A stretch of 64,000 nt of DNA, counting the filler, from Stramenopiles sp. TOSAG23-6 (taxonomy: Eukaryota), in the NCBI GenBank assembly GCA_900128565.1. It is 11 parts of 11 records of this genome, joined end to end, with 100 filler letters (N's around TTAATTAATTAA, not from the genome) between each part and the next. Parts side by side here need not be neighbours in the genome. Positions count along the whole stretch, not along the records: positions 1 to 5,783 come from LT636836.1; positions 5,884 to 11,664 come from LT636837.1; positions 11,765 to 17,545 come from LT636838.1; 8 more parts are not named here. One strand, given 5' to 3'. Shown piece by piece: positions 1-11,807 of the stretch. The notes below the pieces were generated by a model. The model had not been told where the DNA came from. It did no database searches and saw only the letters and a list, made by a program, of their open reading frames with translations. The position numbers and the translations under genes are program-made. Position 1 is the stretch's first letter. Each line of letters opens with the position of its first letter.

Positions 1-57
1 TTTGTACCTAACAAATTTTTTTAGATTTTTTTTTTGAAATATTTTTTCAAAATACTT

Positions 58-1739
58 GCTGATTGCTGCGGTAGGTCAAGATAACTTTGGAGACAATTTA
101 AAGAATTCGTGTATTTCCCTAGGCATGCCGGAATTTGGAATTATTTCTTCAAATACTCCAAATTGTTCCACTGCAATATATAATATATGTTTTTTATCAT
201 TCATTTTTTTTGTTTATTTTTACAATGAAAATTTTGTAGCTTTGAGTTTTTTCACTCTAAAAAAAACAACTCCTGACCTTACTAGTTTATACAACAAAAA
301 AATATTTTTTCACAGTACATGCTACACTTGATGACAAAGGAGAGTTAGTGACTGCAATAGCTGATATGTATGTTTTATTTTTTTTTTGTATGAATTTTTT
401 TTTTATAAAAATTTTGTACCTAACAAATTTCAGTTTTTTTTTTTTGAAATATTTTTCCAAAATACATGCAGGTCCTAGAAACGTTGAGCAGTTCAGACAT
501 CAGATCGTTTGAATCTTCCATTAAAGCATCTAGTATATACGTTTTCCATTATTTTCAATTTTATTTTTTTTTGTTTTTACTATGAAAATTTGACTCATAA
601 CAAATTAAAAAATATTTTGAAATATTTTTCAATATACATTGTCGTTTTAGATGGAAATTTATCAAGAAATACGATGCAAGAATTATTCACAATTTGTGTT
701 GAAGACGAATCTGATAAAACAAAATCTGATAAAACAAAATCGGATATTCGAAATATGGGAAATATGGGAAATAAACCTTTGATTTGGTTTGAATCTACAT
801 CTGTACCAAAGGCACACCGTGTGCGTTTTCAAAATGTTTTGTTATGTTTTTGTTTTTTGTTTCGTAGTACATTTTGCATCTAATGATTTTTTTTATTATC
901 CAAAAAAAAAAAAATATTTTTCACAATATTTGCAGTGTCTAATGGGTTATTGTCTTGTCGACAACTTACATACTTATCTCCTAATGTTGAAGAATTGTAT
1001 GTTTTTTTTTTCAATTTTTTGTCTAAATATTTTTTTCGTACGAAATTTTGTACCTAACAAATTTCAGTTTTTTTTTTGAAATATTTTTCCAAAATACATG
1101 TGTATGCTTTTATCATTCATTTCAATTTTGTTTTGTAGTACATATAGTATCTAACAAACAAATCAAATTTCTAAAATACTTTTTCATAATATATGTTCCA
1201 TTGTGGATGCAATTCATAATCGCGATATTGATGCAAAAACAGATTACAAAAATGTCACTGAAGACGACATTATTAATTTAGCAGCTACAGTCATAAAAAA
1301 TATGAAAGTAGGAGAAGGTAAAGCAAAATTCAAACATATTATAGTGACAAGAGGATCAAAAGGAGTTTTTATAGTATCAGCAAAACCAACTATTGTACGT
1401 TTTAACCCTTGATTTTTTTCACCTTAATTTTTAACTTTTTTTGTTTTTCATACGAAATTTCGTACCTAACGATTTTTTTTTAAATATTTTTTCACAATAC
1501 TTGATTCTGTCACGAATGAAGTTTTGAAAGTACATAAAATATCTCCACAAACTATTGCGAAAGATATAGTTAATTGTACGGGTGCAGGTGATACTTTAGC
1601 TGGTGCAACTGTTTATATGCTTGCAAATGGTAATAAATTGTATGAGAGTGTTGAATTTGGTATGAGAGCTGCAAGTTTGAGTATCTTCTCAGAAGAAGCT
1701 GTTTCACCAGATATTTCACAAAAAAGACTTTTAAATTAA
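58..1739 (+). CDS. PfkB-family carbohydrate/pseudouridine kinase domain, 5'-truncated, multi-exon (inferred exons 58-184, 321-367, 468-536, 640-820, 932-996, 1100-1101, 1195-1394, 1503-1739)
   Basis: Spliced translation gives IAAVGQDNFG, YNATLDDKGELVTAIADM, IVVLDGNL, WFESTSVPKA, YLSPNVEEL, IIVTRGSKGV and the PfkB signature VNCTGAGDTLAGA. Confidence 0.85.
368..467 (+). other. Non-canonical GT...AT intron of the repeated family
   Basis: The join GAT AT|G CAG restores ADMQVLE; using the nearby CAG (471) gives an immediate TAG stop; contains TTTTGTACCTAAC. Confidence 0.8.
1395..1502 (+). other. Non-canonical GT...TT intron; upstream exon also ends in TT
   Basis: The join ACT ATT|GAT TCT keeps frame into the PfkB C-terminus; the next two downstream AGs give a stop or the wrong frame. 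Confidence 0.75.
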
Positions 1740-1851
1740 ATCGAACATAATATTATAAAAATCGTTGAAAAATTTTGTTTAAAGAAAATGTATGTAACAG
1801 AAAGTACCACGGCCGGGAATCGAACCCGGGGAAAATGTTTAGATTAAAATC

Positions 1852-1923
1852 TACCACGACCGGGAATCGAACCCGGGGCATTCGCTTGGGAAGCGAATAT
1901 GATTACCACTACACCACCGCGGT
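1852..1923 (-). tRNA. tRNA-Gly (CCC)
   Basis: Cloverleaf with acceptor ACCGCGG/TCGTGGT, D-arm GTGTAGTGGTAATCAT, anticodon arm TTCGC-TTCCCAA-GCGAA and T-arm CCGGG-TTCGATT-CCCGG. Confidence 0.9.
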
Positions 1924-1967
1924 TAAGTTTGAATGTCGAAGAATCTCACAAATATTTTCTAATCAGA

Positions 1968-2028
1968 GATAGAGAGACAGATAGAGAGACAGATAGAGAG
2001 ACAGATAGAGAGACAGATAGAGAGACAA
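1968..2028. repeat. 12-bp tandem repeat (GATAGAGAGACA) x~5
   Basis: Directly visible. Confidence 0.9.
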
Positions 2029-2061
2029 ACAGAGATCATTTGATTATTTTGAAAAAAATGT

Positions 2062-4364
2062 TTATTTTGAAAAATTTAAATATCTGTTATTTTTTAGAGA
2101 TTCCATTGACTTTGAGATATCTGGTTGAAATGTACAAGATTTCATTTGAATTTGACGTGCATCTTCTGCACGTTTATCTAGTAATATTCCAATACTTTCT
2201 TGTGAGGGTGATAGGCGTTCTGACCAATGTTGCTTTTCTTTGTGACTTATACCATTTTGTTTCGTTCTATTTGTGTTTTTACAAAGCTTGGCTTTCTCGC
2301 GTTTTATTGTATGATTTGTTTTTGGACTAAATATATTTTGAGAAAATATGTCAAATTTAATTTTTTTGTTAGGCACAAAATTTTCTAAAAATAATNAATN
2401 TTTTTTTTNAANTTNAAAAAAAATAAATTTAAATACAACATACATGTACAAACTTCTGCCATTTTTACTTCATATTGATCTAATATTTTCTGCCTTTTAG
2501 CAGCTATAGCAAGGGATCGTTGCTCACCATGCTGATGTAATCGATGACCAAAAGGACTAATTTTGCGAGTCGAACTTCCTTCCCTTTGTTCAATTTGTTC
2601 AAGAATCTTTCTAGATTTAGGAGAAGTCTTTGGATGTGCAGCCATACATCGTAATTTGTGTAATTTATCTTCAATTCTTTTAGATTCTTCGAGCCGTGAT
2701 TGTTTTGCGTCTGCTTCTATGTAAAGCCGTCGTGAAACAGAATGAGCCTTTTCATATCTACACTTCGCCAGGCATTTTGAAATTGCAAGAACCAATAAAC
2801 TTTTTTGTTTCAAAGGACTAGTCTTATAATTTTTACACAACATATTTAATGATACGCGAAAGTCTTCCTTAGACTGATTCATTATCGAAGAATCAAACAT
2901 GCTTGTCTTTATTGATTTATTACGATCCTGGATAGTTTTAAAATCTTTGCACAATTGACTTATTTTTATTGTGTTTGTTTTTGTTTTTCTACTTTTTTCA
3001 AGTTTTTGTACAAAATCTTTTTCTATTTTGTTGAATGTATTGACACCCAATAATAATTTCATGTACTCATCCTTTTCATGAATAGAATTTAAACCATTTG
3101 AGTATTTCAATATAGCTAATAATGCATTCCGCTTCCGAGCGTAAGTACCTCTAAATAATGATTGTATCTTTAGAGCTGCATTTTTATGCTTTCGAGCAAA
3201 AATACTTCTACAGAATGATTGTAATTTTATAGCAGCCTTTGACTTTGATTGTAATTTTATAGCAGCCTTTGACTTTGATTTTTGTACTTTTAAATATTGT
3301 ATAGCAGCCTTTCTTTGCTTGAGTCTAAGACATTTTTCTTTTTGCGCTTTTTTATATTTCATCAGCTGTTGTCTCTTATGCTCCTCAGCTAAGAGTTTAT
3401 ACTGTTTCCTTGCATTGATGCCTCTAAATAATGACTGTAACACAATCAGCTGTTTTCTCTTATGTCTCTTATGCTCCTCAGCTAAGAGTGTATACTGTTT
3501 CCTTGCATTAATACCTCTAAATAATGACTGTAACACAACAAATCCACGTATACGACGCTGAATTTCTAATCTATGCTTTTGAGCTGCTTCCAATATCAAG
3601 CGTCTTTTTCGTTTTTCAACCATGATTTTTCGTGAGCGTTTTCTCGCCATAGACTGGATTATAGTAGCACTATTATTTCGGTGTTTTTCCATCTTCAATT
3701 TTAATTTTTCATCAACTTCTTTTGCTTTTGAAGTGGCAGAAGCAATGAATATTTCTCCAAACTCACGATTTTGTAATTTTCCAGATAAAACTTGCTCAAG
3801 AATAGTTTTTTCAAACCAAGTGAAAAAAACATGAAATGAAACGCGACTGTCATTGTCATAACATAACTTCTTATTCTTATCTTGTAGTTCAAGCTTAAAC
3901 TTTTCTTTTCCACTAAAAATCGTCTTCATATTTATTACTATCTTTTTTGTTAATTTTTGGATATCTTCTCTAGATAACGTTCCTATATGTTCTCTGTCCA
4001 AACCATCGAAAAGAAAGCGAATGTGTTTCTTAATGTCGTTTATACAAGTTGGATATTCCCGAGTGAACCACTCAAAAAACTCTGGAAAAGTCACACCAAT
4101 TTTATTTCTTTCCCCAATGTTGGAAAATAAAGTGTCAATATTATTCTTGCTCCTCAAAATTTTTGTTCTTTTCCTCTTTCTTGGATTACGACCCATTTGA
4201 GTCACTAGGGAATGTATATCTTCTTTATTAAGCAAAGTCTTTGATTTTCCTGTTGTTTTATACTGCAGAAGATGAAATATACGTTTAGCACGAATTTCTC
4301 GCTTACAAGGTGAAATTTGGAGTTTCGTAGACGCACTAGAGCTCTTTGTAACACACCCAGACAT
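2062..4364 (-). CDS. EF-hand-like and IQ-motif (calmodulin-binding) protein; GT...AT intron at 2331-2443
   Basis: Repeated LQSLFRGxxAR IQ motifs; EF-hand-like FDGLDREHIGTLSREDI; splicing restores CTFSPK, matching the downstream CTFQP motif. Confidence 0.75.
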
Positions 4365-4671
4365 TTCAAGTTCAGCTTACTATTTGGTACTCTACGTGTG
4401 CGTGTGCAAAAAGAAGACTCTTTGCTAGATAGGCAAGTCGTACGCACAAGATTGTACTATTTTTGTTCTTATAGTTATTCATATGGAATACTAGCTATAG
4501 GCAAAATTCTTTTTTAACGGTCGCCAGTTTAAACGGTTGCGAACCACGTGTCAAGATAGTACACTGTCATGACTCATGCAGGCTGCAGCAGTCTACAGTT
4601 GTCATACGTAAGGATGTATATGCAATACATCGATTTTGAGATTATTCAAGACTAACTATATTTATTAAAAA

Positions 4672-5737
4672 ATGACAGTCAAGTGTGAAAGCAAATTGAA
4701 ACCGGAAGCTGAAAATGATGACTTACAGTTGAGGAAAGAGGATATAGAAATGGAAAATACTCGTAATTCTGTTGATGCAAAAAATACAGATGCTTCGTGT
4801 TACATTTGTCACGAGGGTAGCAACGGGGGAAAACTAGATAGAGGCTGTGCATGCCGTGGAAGTTCGGGATTTGTCCACATCTCGTGTATTCTTGAGGCAG
4901 CAAAATATAATGCTAGTATGTGGACGCGTTGCACTATTTGTCACCAGAGGTACACAGGCCATCTCAATCTTAAGCTAGCACAAGAATACTATACAATGGT
5001 CTCCGAACCTAATAACCCTGATAGAGCTAAATACCCATCCATCGTTACTATATACGAAACCGAAGGAGGACCCGAAAGTTGTATTGCGAGTGCTGCAACG
5101 GATGTAGCAGGAGCTCTTTATCAATTAGGTTCCTCCGAGGAGGCTTTACCTTTGTTGGAACAAGCGCACGAATTTTACACAAATTTTCCAAATAAATCTC
5201 ATAAAACAAATATGCTCCAGTGTCTGCAACGTAAAATTCTAGTACTGATGGATTTGAATTTATACGAACGCGCATCTGAAGTTGCAAAAAATATAGATCT
5301 AACTGAACCCATTGATGATTCTGTACTCAGTACAATTGGATGTTTGTATTTGTATGCTGTCCGCTTTAATTTTTAATTTATTATCTTTGCTATGAAAATT
5401 TTGTACCTAACGAATTTAAAAAAAAATATTTTTCACAATACGTGCGACTTGATGAGCTTGAAAAAGCGACAGAGGTCTTTGAAAAATTGTTTGCAAAAAC
5501 TACAGATACTGTACATTTTCATAACAATTTTCAAATTTATTTTTTTTATAGAAAATTCCTCTTTGACGATTTTTTTTTCTCAAAATATTTTTTCACAACA
5601 CCTGAATTTTCCTTAGTTTTGGCTAATAATTTAGCGCAATGTTACTACAGGACAAATAAATTCGGAAAGGCACTCGCTTTATTGGAGAATTCATTCGTAC
5701 AATCTAAAAGATTTCTTGGCGAGTTTCATCACAGTAC
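4672..5737 (+). CDS. RING-CH (RINGv) zinc finger plus TPR protein, 3'-truncated; introns ~5352-5443 and 5511-5603
   Basis: CYIC..GCACRGSSGFVHISC..W..CTIC motif followed by TPR-like helices (LANNLAQCY). Confidence 0.8.
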
Positions 5738-5783
5738 ATGCTACACTTGATGACAAAGGAGAGTTAGTGACTGCAATAGCTGA

Positions 5784-5883
5784 NNNNNNNNNNNNNNNNN
5801 NNNNNNNNNNNNNNNNNNNNNNNNNNNTTAATTAATTAANNNNNNNNNNNNNNNNNNNNNNNNNNNNNNNNNNNNNNNNNNNN
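5784..5883. other. Artificial contig spacer (N-TTAATTAATTAA-N); also at 11665, 17546, 23423, 29292, 35160, 41027, 46890, 52742 and 58548
   Basis: Identical 100-nt spacer with six-frame stops; contig lengths decrease along the window. Confidence 0.97.
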
Positions 5884-8070
5884 ATGAAGCCTTCCGTTTC
5901 ATGTTCGAAAGCCTGGGAATTGAAAATGCGGTCCAATATGGCACGTTTCCCGAAACTGCAGACAAAGTAATCAACGAGTTATGTGATATTCGAGAATTAA
6001 CTAAATCCACCATTGGAGGAACGAGACATTTGAAATCCGAGAAACGCGAAAAAAAGCCGAAAGCCCTTTTGATTGACGAGGTGGACGTGTTTTTCAATTC
6101 CGATTTTTACGGTGAAACGTATGCTGCTGTATGCAAAATTAATGGGAACGATATCCAATCGCTGATAGTAAAAATATGGGAAAACTGGAACATTCTGAAG
6201 GAGACAGAACAATTTATTGGGGTCGATACAATAGAAAAGTACGATGAGTATCAAGTTCTACTAAAAAAATACAATGGGTGGGATGATTTAATTCGCGAGG
6301 TAATCCAAGACATTTGTACGGATCTTATGATGTCAGAAAGAGTTGGCTTCCAGAAGCCTAAGAACGATGTGAAGGAAAACAAATTGCGATATAACTATGT
6401 GGTCATATTTTTTTGAGCACCATTGCCAAGGTAGAATAACTAAGCCTCGCGTGAACGAAGAGTGTTCTTTACTTCTTAAATGCGGAACGTTTTCTTATGC
6501 TGAGACACCCAAAGAATTTGGTCTGATACTAGGGATTTCAGGCACGTTGAGGAATTTAAGCGAGTACCAAAAGAATATGATTGAAAGGGAATTCTCTGTT
6601 AAGCAACAGACGTTCATTCCAACAATATTCAAAAACAACAAGAATGACTTTACCTTTCTTGCTACAGAAATAGTACCCCAAGATAATTTCTATGATCGCC
6701 TTCATACAGAAATACAAGGTATTATCAATTCTAGCACGCATGGGCGTGCTGTCATTGTATTTTTTGAAACCGAAAAAGACGTGACTGACGCGTTCCAAAA
6801 CTCAACCTTCAAAAATTTTGAAATTCAGAAGATGACGACGAAGGACAATTTCAGTGAGCGAAAATCTTCAATTCAAAAGGCCACGTTTGCAAAAGCAATT
6901 ACATTTGCCCCACGCGAAATGGCGAGAGGCACAGATTTTATGTGCCACGATGAAACAGTCAACATGCTTGGTGGGGTGCATGTTATACTGACGTTCGTTC
7001 CAGAAACTGGTAGCGAAATGACCCAAATAATTGGAAGGACCGCTCGGCAAGGAAATAAGGGTTCGTTCAAGGCAATCTACAAAGCCGAGGAAATGGAAAC
7101 CTATGGTTTGGATGAGGACGCATGGACCAGGGCGAAAAGTGAAAGCAAACTTGATGAAACAATTTCAGAGGCCCGGGATAAATTATACGATGAACAATAT
7201 AAAGCGAAGGCATCGATCGCGGCAAGTAATAGTGCCAGTCATGCAGCATCAATGCAGTACCGCGATTACTTAATTCAGAATGAGCAAAGGGGTATAAAGG
7301 AGTATCTTGTTCGTGTGAACAAAGGTGTCGTTACAACGAGGAAAAGAAAACAACGTATTCTTATTCTGATGGACCGAACTTATTCCATGTCAAAGTTGAT
7401 GAGTGACATGGTTGGCACCGTAGTGCAAATGATAGATCGAACGAATGATATTTTTGCGGAGCATCAACTTCCGACGTCTTCATTTGAGATACAACTTGCA
7501 GCCTACGGTAATTACAACGGCGGCCCTGACAAATTGTTTGAGCATTCAGCTTGGTCTTCTCATAGCGACTATTTGAAGAAATACATTTCAGGTATGAAAG
7601 TAGCGGGTGGTATGGGCAATGAAGCAATAGAACTGGGTCTGCTTCACGCGAATGAACTCACATCCTCCGGTATCATTGTGGACAAGATTGTTTTGATTGG
7701 AGATGCACCTGGAAACACACCGGATGAAGCTGTCTCAAAAAAACAAAAGTATGAACATGCACACGATTGGTCCAAATGTAAGTGGTTCACTGATTACAAC
7801 ACAAACTGGGAATTAGAATTGGTTAAACTCAAAACCCCTGTACTGGCTCTATACATGGATGACCGTGCCAAGGAGGGCTTCGGGAAGATTGCCGATAAAA
7901 CCGGGGGACGGGTGCTGCCACTGGACAACTCGGCGTCATCAGACTGAGATGGCTCGATCGCAAAACAAATTTTGGATGCAGTTGGTAAAGCTCATGGGGC
8001 CAATATAGAAGCGTTGCTGCAAACATACAACAAGAAGTTTTCATATACTGGTTCAAACGCAAATAAATAG
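5884..8070 (+). pseudogene. SecA-like SF2 helicase plus vWA-domain protein, 5'-truncated, with a frameshift (~6400) and an in-frame TGA (7945-7947)
   Basis: LLIDEVD, GISGT, MARGTDF and QIIGRTARQGNKG motifs; vWA ILMDRTYSM and IVLIGDAP; the frame stays open after the TGA to TAG at 8070. Confidence 0.7.
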
Positions 8071-8252
8071 AGATTTTGAGATTTTCGCATTTTGGGATTT
8101 TCGGGAAAGGAAAGGTTGTTTTAAAAAGAAAAAGTACTTAATACATGTGCGCGATGAATTTTATGGGAAAGAGAGGCGTGGATGTAAAACTGGCGAAGCG
8201 TTTTCAATTGGATATTATTTTTTTTTTGAAAGTTAGAGATTGATTTACATAG

Positions 8253-8657
8253 CCGAAAAAAGCGAAGACTTGCAATCGCTGTACTTGTTGCAATAAGGAT
8301 GGCGAGGTCGGACCAAGGTTGAAGCTGTGTCCTTTTTGCAAGGAACGATATTTTAAAGTGCAATGCGCTACCGAGCAAGCATCTGAACGGGGATACGACA
8401 ACTTTCCCGAAGACCATAAGGCGCTATCTGATATGTGCTCAACCTGTTTTGAAGAGACAGTGAAAAAGGACCACGCTTATGTCGGAGAAAAAATCTTTTG
8501 GTACGACGAACCCAACAAGAGAAACGTTCGAGGGCAAATTATTGGCGTTGAAAAAGACGGCGACAAATATACCTGCGAAATTGAGTTTCAAAACGGTCAG
8601 TGGGAAAATGCGTTGGTGGACGAAAAAGAGCGTGGGCAAGAATTTCGGATTATCTAA
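8253..8657 (+). CDS. Cys-rich zinc-finger-like hypothetical ORF (fragment; no clear ATG)
   Basis: Open frame containing CNRCTCC, CPFC and CSTC. Confidence 0.4.
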   Translation, partial: PKKAKTCNRCTCCNKDGEVGPRLKLCPFCKERYFKVQCATEQASERGYDNFPEDHKALSDMCSTCFEETVKKDHAYVGEKIFWYDEPNKRNVRGQIIGVEKDGDKYTCEIEFQNGQWENALVDEKERGQEFRII

Positions 8658-8781
8658 AGTTCAAAAACCGACGTTCAAGGAAAAAGAGAAAGCCAAAGAG
8701 GGTTGCTAATTCAGATTCAGATTAATTTTATTACGCTTTAATATTATTACGTTTGCACTCGTCTTTTAGCACTGACAAATA

Positions 8782-11664
8782 TTAAATCCAGGTATTAGCT
8801 ACAATCCCCACTGTTTCCAAAGTATTGTCTTCGCACTTCTTATGTAGAATTTTGGAGTCGGTAGGTGAGTGATAATATTTTTTCGGGTTTACATTCCCCT
8901 CGAACACCACCAGTTCTTTGACAGTATTTGGGCAGCTTTGTATGCCGAATTTGTGATTATTAAGAGTCATATTACTAGGTGGGAAATCGCGGTCAAACTC
9001 TGTCGATTCATATTCAAGCTCTAAAAAATCTCCAGCCCGGGTTTCAGGATTGTCTAACAAAACCACTCCGCTGAATACCATTCCAACTTCGGCGTGGGTA
9101 GAGAAATCATATGCCATACCATTCCAACTTGGTTGTGAGTAATTATGGTCTACAAGATACTTCTTCCCATCGAATTCCCTTTCCTCGACAGTTATTCCAT
9201 CCGAATCATCGTCCAATTGTTCTTCTTCTTCCAAAGCTTTAACATATTTCTCCAAGGCGGCAAATCGTTCGTTCGTTTCTTTCAGTTGAGTCTGAAGGTT
9301 GAATATTTCGGGGTCATTGTCGTTTTCTTTGTCCGGCTCGGTCTCCGGAGAATCTTTGAACTCTTGGATTATTTGGTTGCTTGGGTGGCAATTAGCCCAA
9401 TTTCGGGCATGTCAAATTTGTCAATTTTGTCATTCATACTTCTTATATCTTTGACCAATTGGTCGTACTGTTGCTCGTTGGTGCCTTCATGCAATTGAGA
9501 TGCCAAGTCATTTATTTGGTTTTTCAAATCATTAGCATGATCATTACACATTTGTACAAGTTCAGATTGTTCGTCATAACAATTTAATTCTTTGTACTTG
9601 CCCATTCGCTTTTGCACAAGAGCGTACTTATGGCTTACAAGCCAGTTCTTCAGCAATGCATCTTCCATTCCCTTTTTGGCGTTAAATTCCCTTTCTTTTT
9701 CGGTGTACATTGTCTCTATTTCTTCAGCCCATGCCTGCGGGAGTGTCACCAGCGCCGATCTATATCTTTTTAGTCGGTTTAGTTCATAGGCTGCCACTGT
9801 GTTTNCTTTTNCAATTTCNTCGAATGGGGTAACTAGGATATCGTTCAACGTTTTCCTTAAGTTTTCTATTGCTTCTGTTCTCATCGCAGGCAAGTCGGCA
9901 TTCGTAAGCTTGTCAAACAATTCTTTCGGTCTTGACCAGAATAACCGGGACGGGGGGTCATCGCAGTCTTTAACCGCTTCAAACTTTTTCACTGCACATT
10001 TCATTTGGATAATTATCTTATCCTGCACTTCAGTGCACTTTTCTCGCACAAATTTGTCAGGACTTAACTGAAAACCCAACATATTCTCCAATATAGTGTT
10101 TACCATGAGCACTCCGCCATTCGCTTCGGCGAATGAATCGTTCATCAACCGGTTTTCTACTTCATCTAAAAACTCTACCATGACGTCTTCCATTTTTCTT
10201 ACATATTGATGATAAGTAGGATTACCTTCTTCAACTTCTGGTAACACTGCTTCTTCAATTTCTTGTAACCGCGATATTGGCCCAAATAGTTCGTTTTCAA
10301 ATTTGCGGAAATCGCCAATCATGTCGAAAATCGTTCTGCACTGAACAGCAGCGTCGTCTGAGTGTAGTGTCAACGAAGTGTATATGATCCGATTCAATTC
10401 GTTGCCCTTTTTAGAGTACGCTCGTTTCACTTCTGCTACCTTCTCTAGCGCCAATTGGCGAAACCCTTGCTGTCCATTGCCTGCTTGTGCCGTGTTCACT
10501 AAATCAATAATGCATCGCTTTACCTTCGTATAATTTAGACGATTTTCGTCCGTCATTTCTAGCCATATTTCTTGACTCTGATCTTCCCCCACCATTTGTG
10601 ATATGATACTAGTGTACATATTGACAAATCGATTATTGACAATAAAATCAAGACCCATNAATGCCTTGATANTTTCAGCCAGNCTATTTNGCTCCNGTAA
10701 NTTTAACACCTGTAAATNTGATATTTNTTGAGTGAAATGATTGGCTTTCTTATTCAACCATTCAACAATTGTTGATGTTGTCAAATGGTTTCCACAGACG
10801 CTTTGTTGAATCACAGTTTCAATACTTTGATATTTTTCATTAATTTGAACCAGGTAGCGATAAACACGCGCAATCAAGTGTGCATCTTCGTCGGAAAGAG
10901 TTTCTTGTCCCTGAAGAATTGTTATCTTATCTAATTGTTCTTCAAAATAAGTACGAATTAACTGTTCAACATCTGTCTTTCTCGAGCTCGCCTCTGCCGA
11001 AAGTGCCTCGATGGTGTTGCATAATGTGACAGCATTCAAATGACGAGAAAGCGACATAAGCTGAATAGAAGGGTCGCCTTTTTTCGGAAGATATCTGTTG
11101 GCTTGCTTCCAACTTTCCTGCAAAGTCGCCAACACCTTTGTCTCCATATCTATTGATTTCTTTTCGAACGCGTGTTTAACTTGTAAATTGTCACAATAGA
11201 ATTGATTGAAGTAAGTCCCCAGATTTTTGAGTTGGTGTAATTCATTTAGAAAAGAGCTCGCTTTTCTGAAAGATTCATTAGATTCTGTGAACGAGTGTAT
11301 ATGCAATTTTGTTTGTTTTTCAATTTCTACCAACCGTTGGATCACAGAAGTTTCAATATGGCTCACTACTCTCTGAACGACGTGAGCAGAATGATCGGTG
11401 TTACCCTTTGATGCTGGGTCCGCGTCATCATGATTTCGTTCGAAGTCCCTTCGTAAGCGATCGTCAATCCATTTTGCATCTTTAAGGATAACAATGGCTT
11501 GTCCGAAACCAGCATAATCAGTATCATTATGTTCTTGCCTAGGGTTGTTCAAAGTATCGAGCCTTTCTTCTAAGTCTCTTCGTTTCTCCAAAACGAAGTC
11601 TCGTAAATGTGCCAAAATTATGTCATACTGACGTTTCGTGTCCTTGTAGAAAGCATTAATTTTG
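8782..11664 (-). CDS. Large helical hypothetical protein, 5'-truncated; apparent frameshift near 9375 links ORF 9369-11615 to 8782-9255
   Basis: 748-aa ORF; an alternate frame (QIIQEFKDSPETE...) runs into the 157-aa ORF. Confidence 0.55.
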
Positions 11665-11807
11665 NNNNNNNNNNNNNNNNNNNNNNNNNNNNNNNNNNNN
11701 NNNNNNNNTTAATTAATTAANNNNNNNNNNNNNNNNNNNNNNNNNNNNNNNNNNNNNNNNNNNNTGTACCTAACGATTTTTTTTTGAAATATTTTTCCAA
11801 AATACAT

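Noticed and set aside
185-320. Alternative register using the internal GT (GTTTT) and CA(A/G), 9 nt shorter
   Set aside because: Would insert 3 residues into invariant motifs such as PLK GTPNYIAPE, and most copies have AA rather than AG there
821-931. Use of this intron as proof of a TT acceptor
   Set aside because: An in-frame canonical GT(819)-AG(935) alternative exists, so it is ambiguous
5729-5783. Exact 55-nt copy of 310-364 at the contig end, fused to the TPR gene
   Set aside because: Lies at a contig tip, has a typical k-mer length and joins via TCACAGTAC microhomology; most likely an assembly or amplification chimera
5828-5839. Periodic TTAATTAATTAA palindromes every ~5.8 kb
   Set aside because: Artificial spacers between concatenated contigs; neighbourhoods across them are meaningless
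7945-7947. Alternative genetic code (TGA as sense)
   Set aside because: Single case in a gene that also has a frameshift; other genes end in TGA and use TGG for Trp
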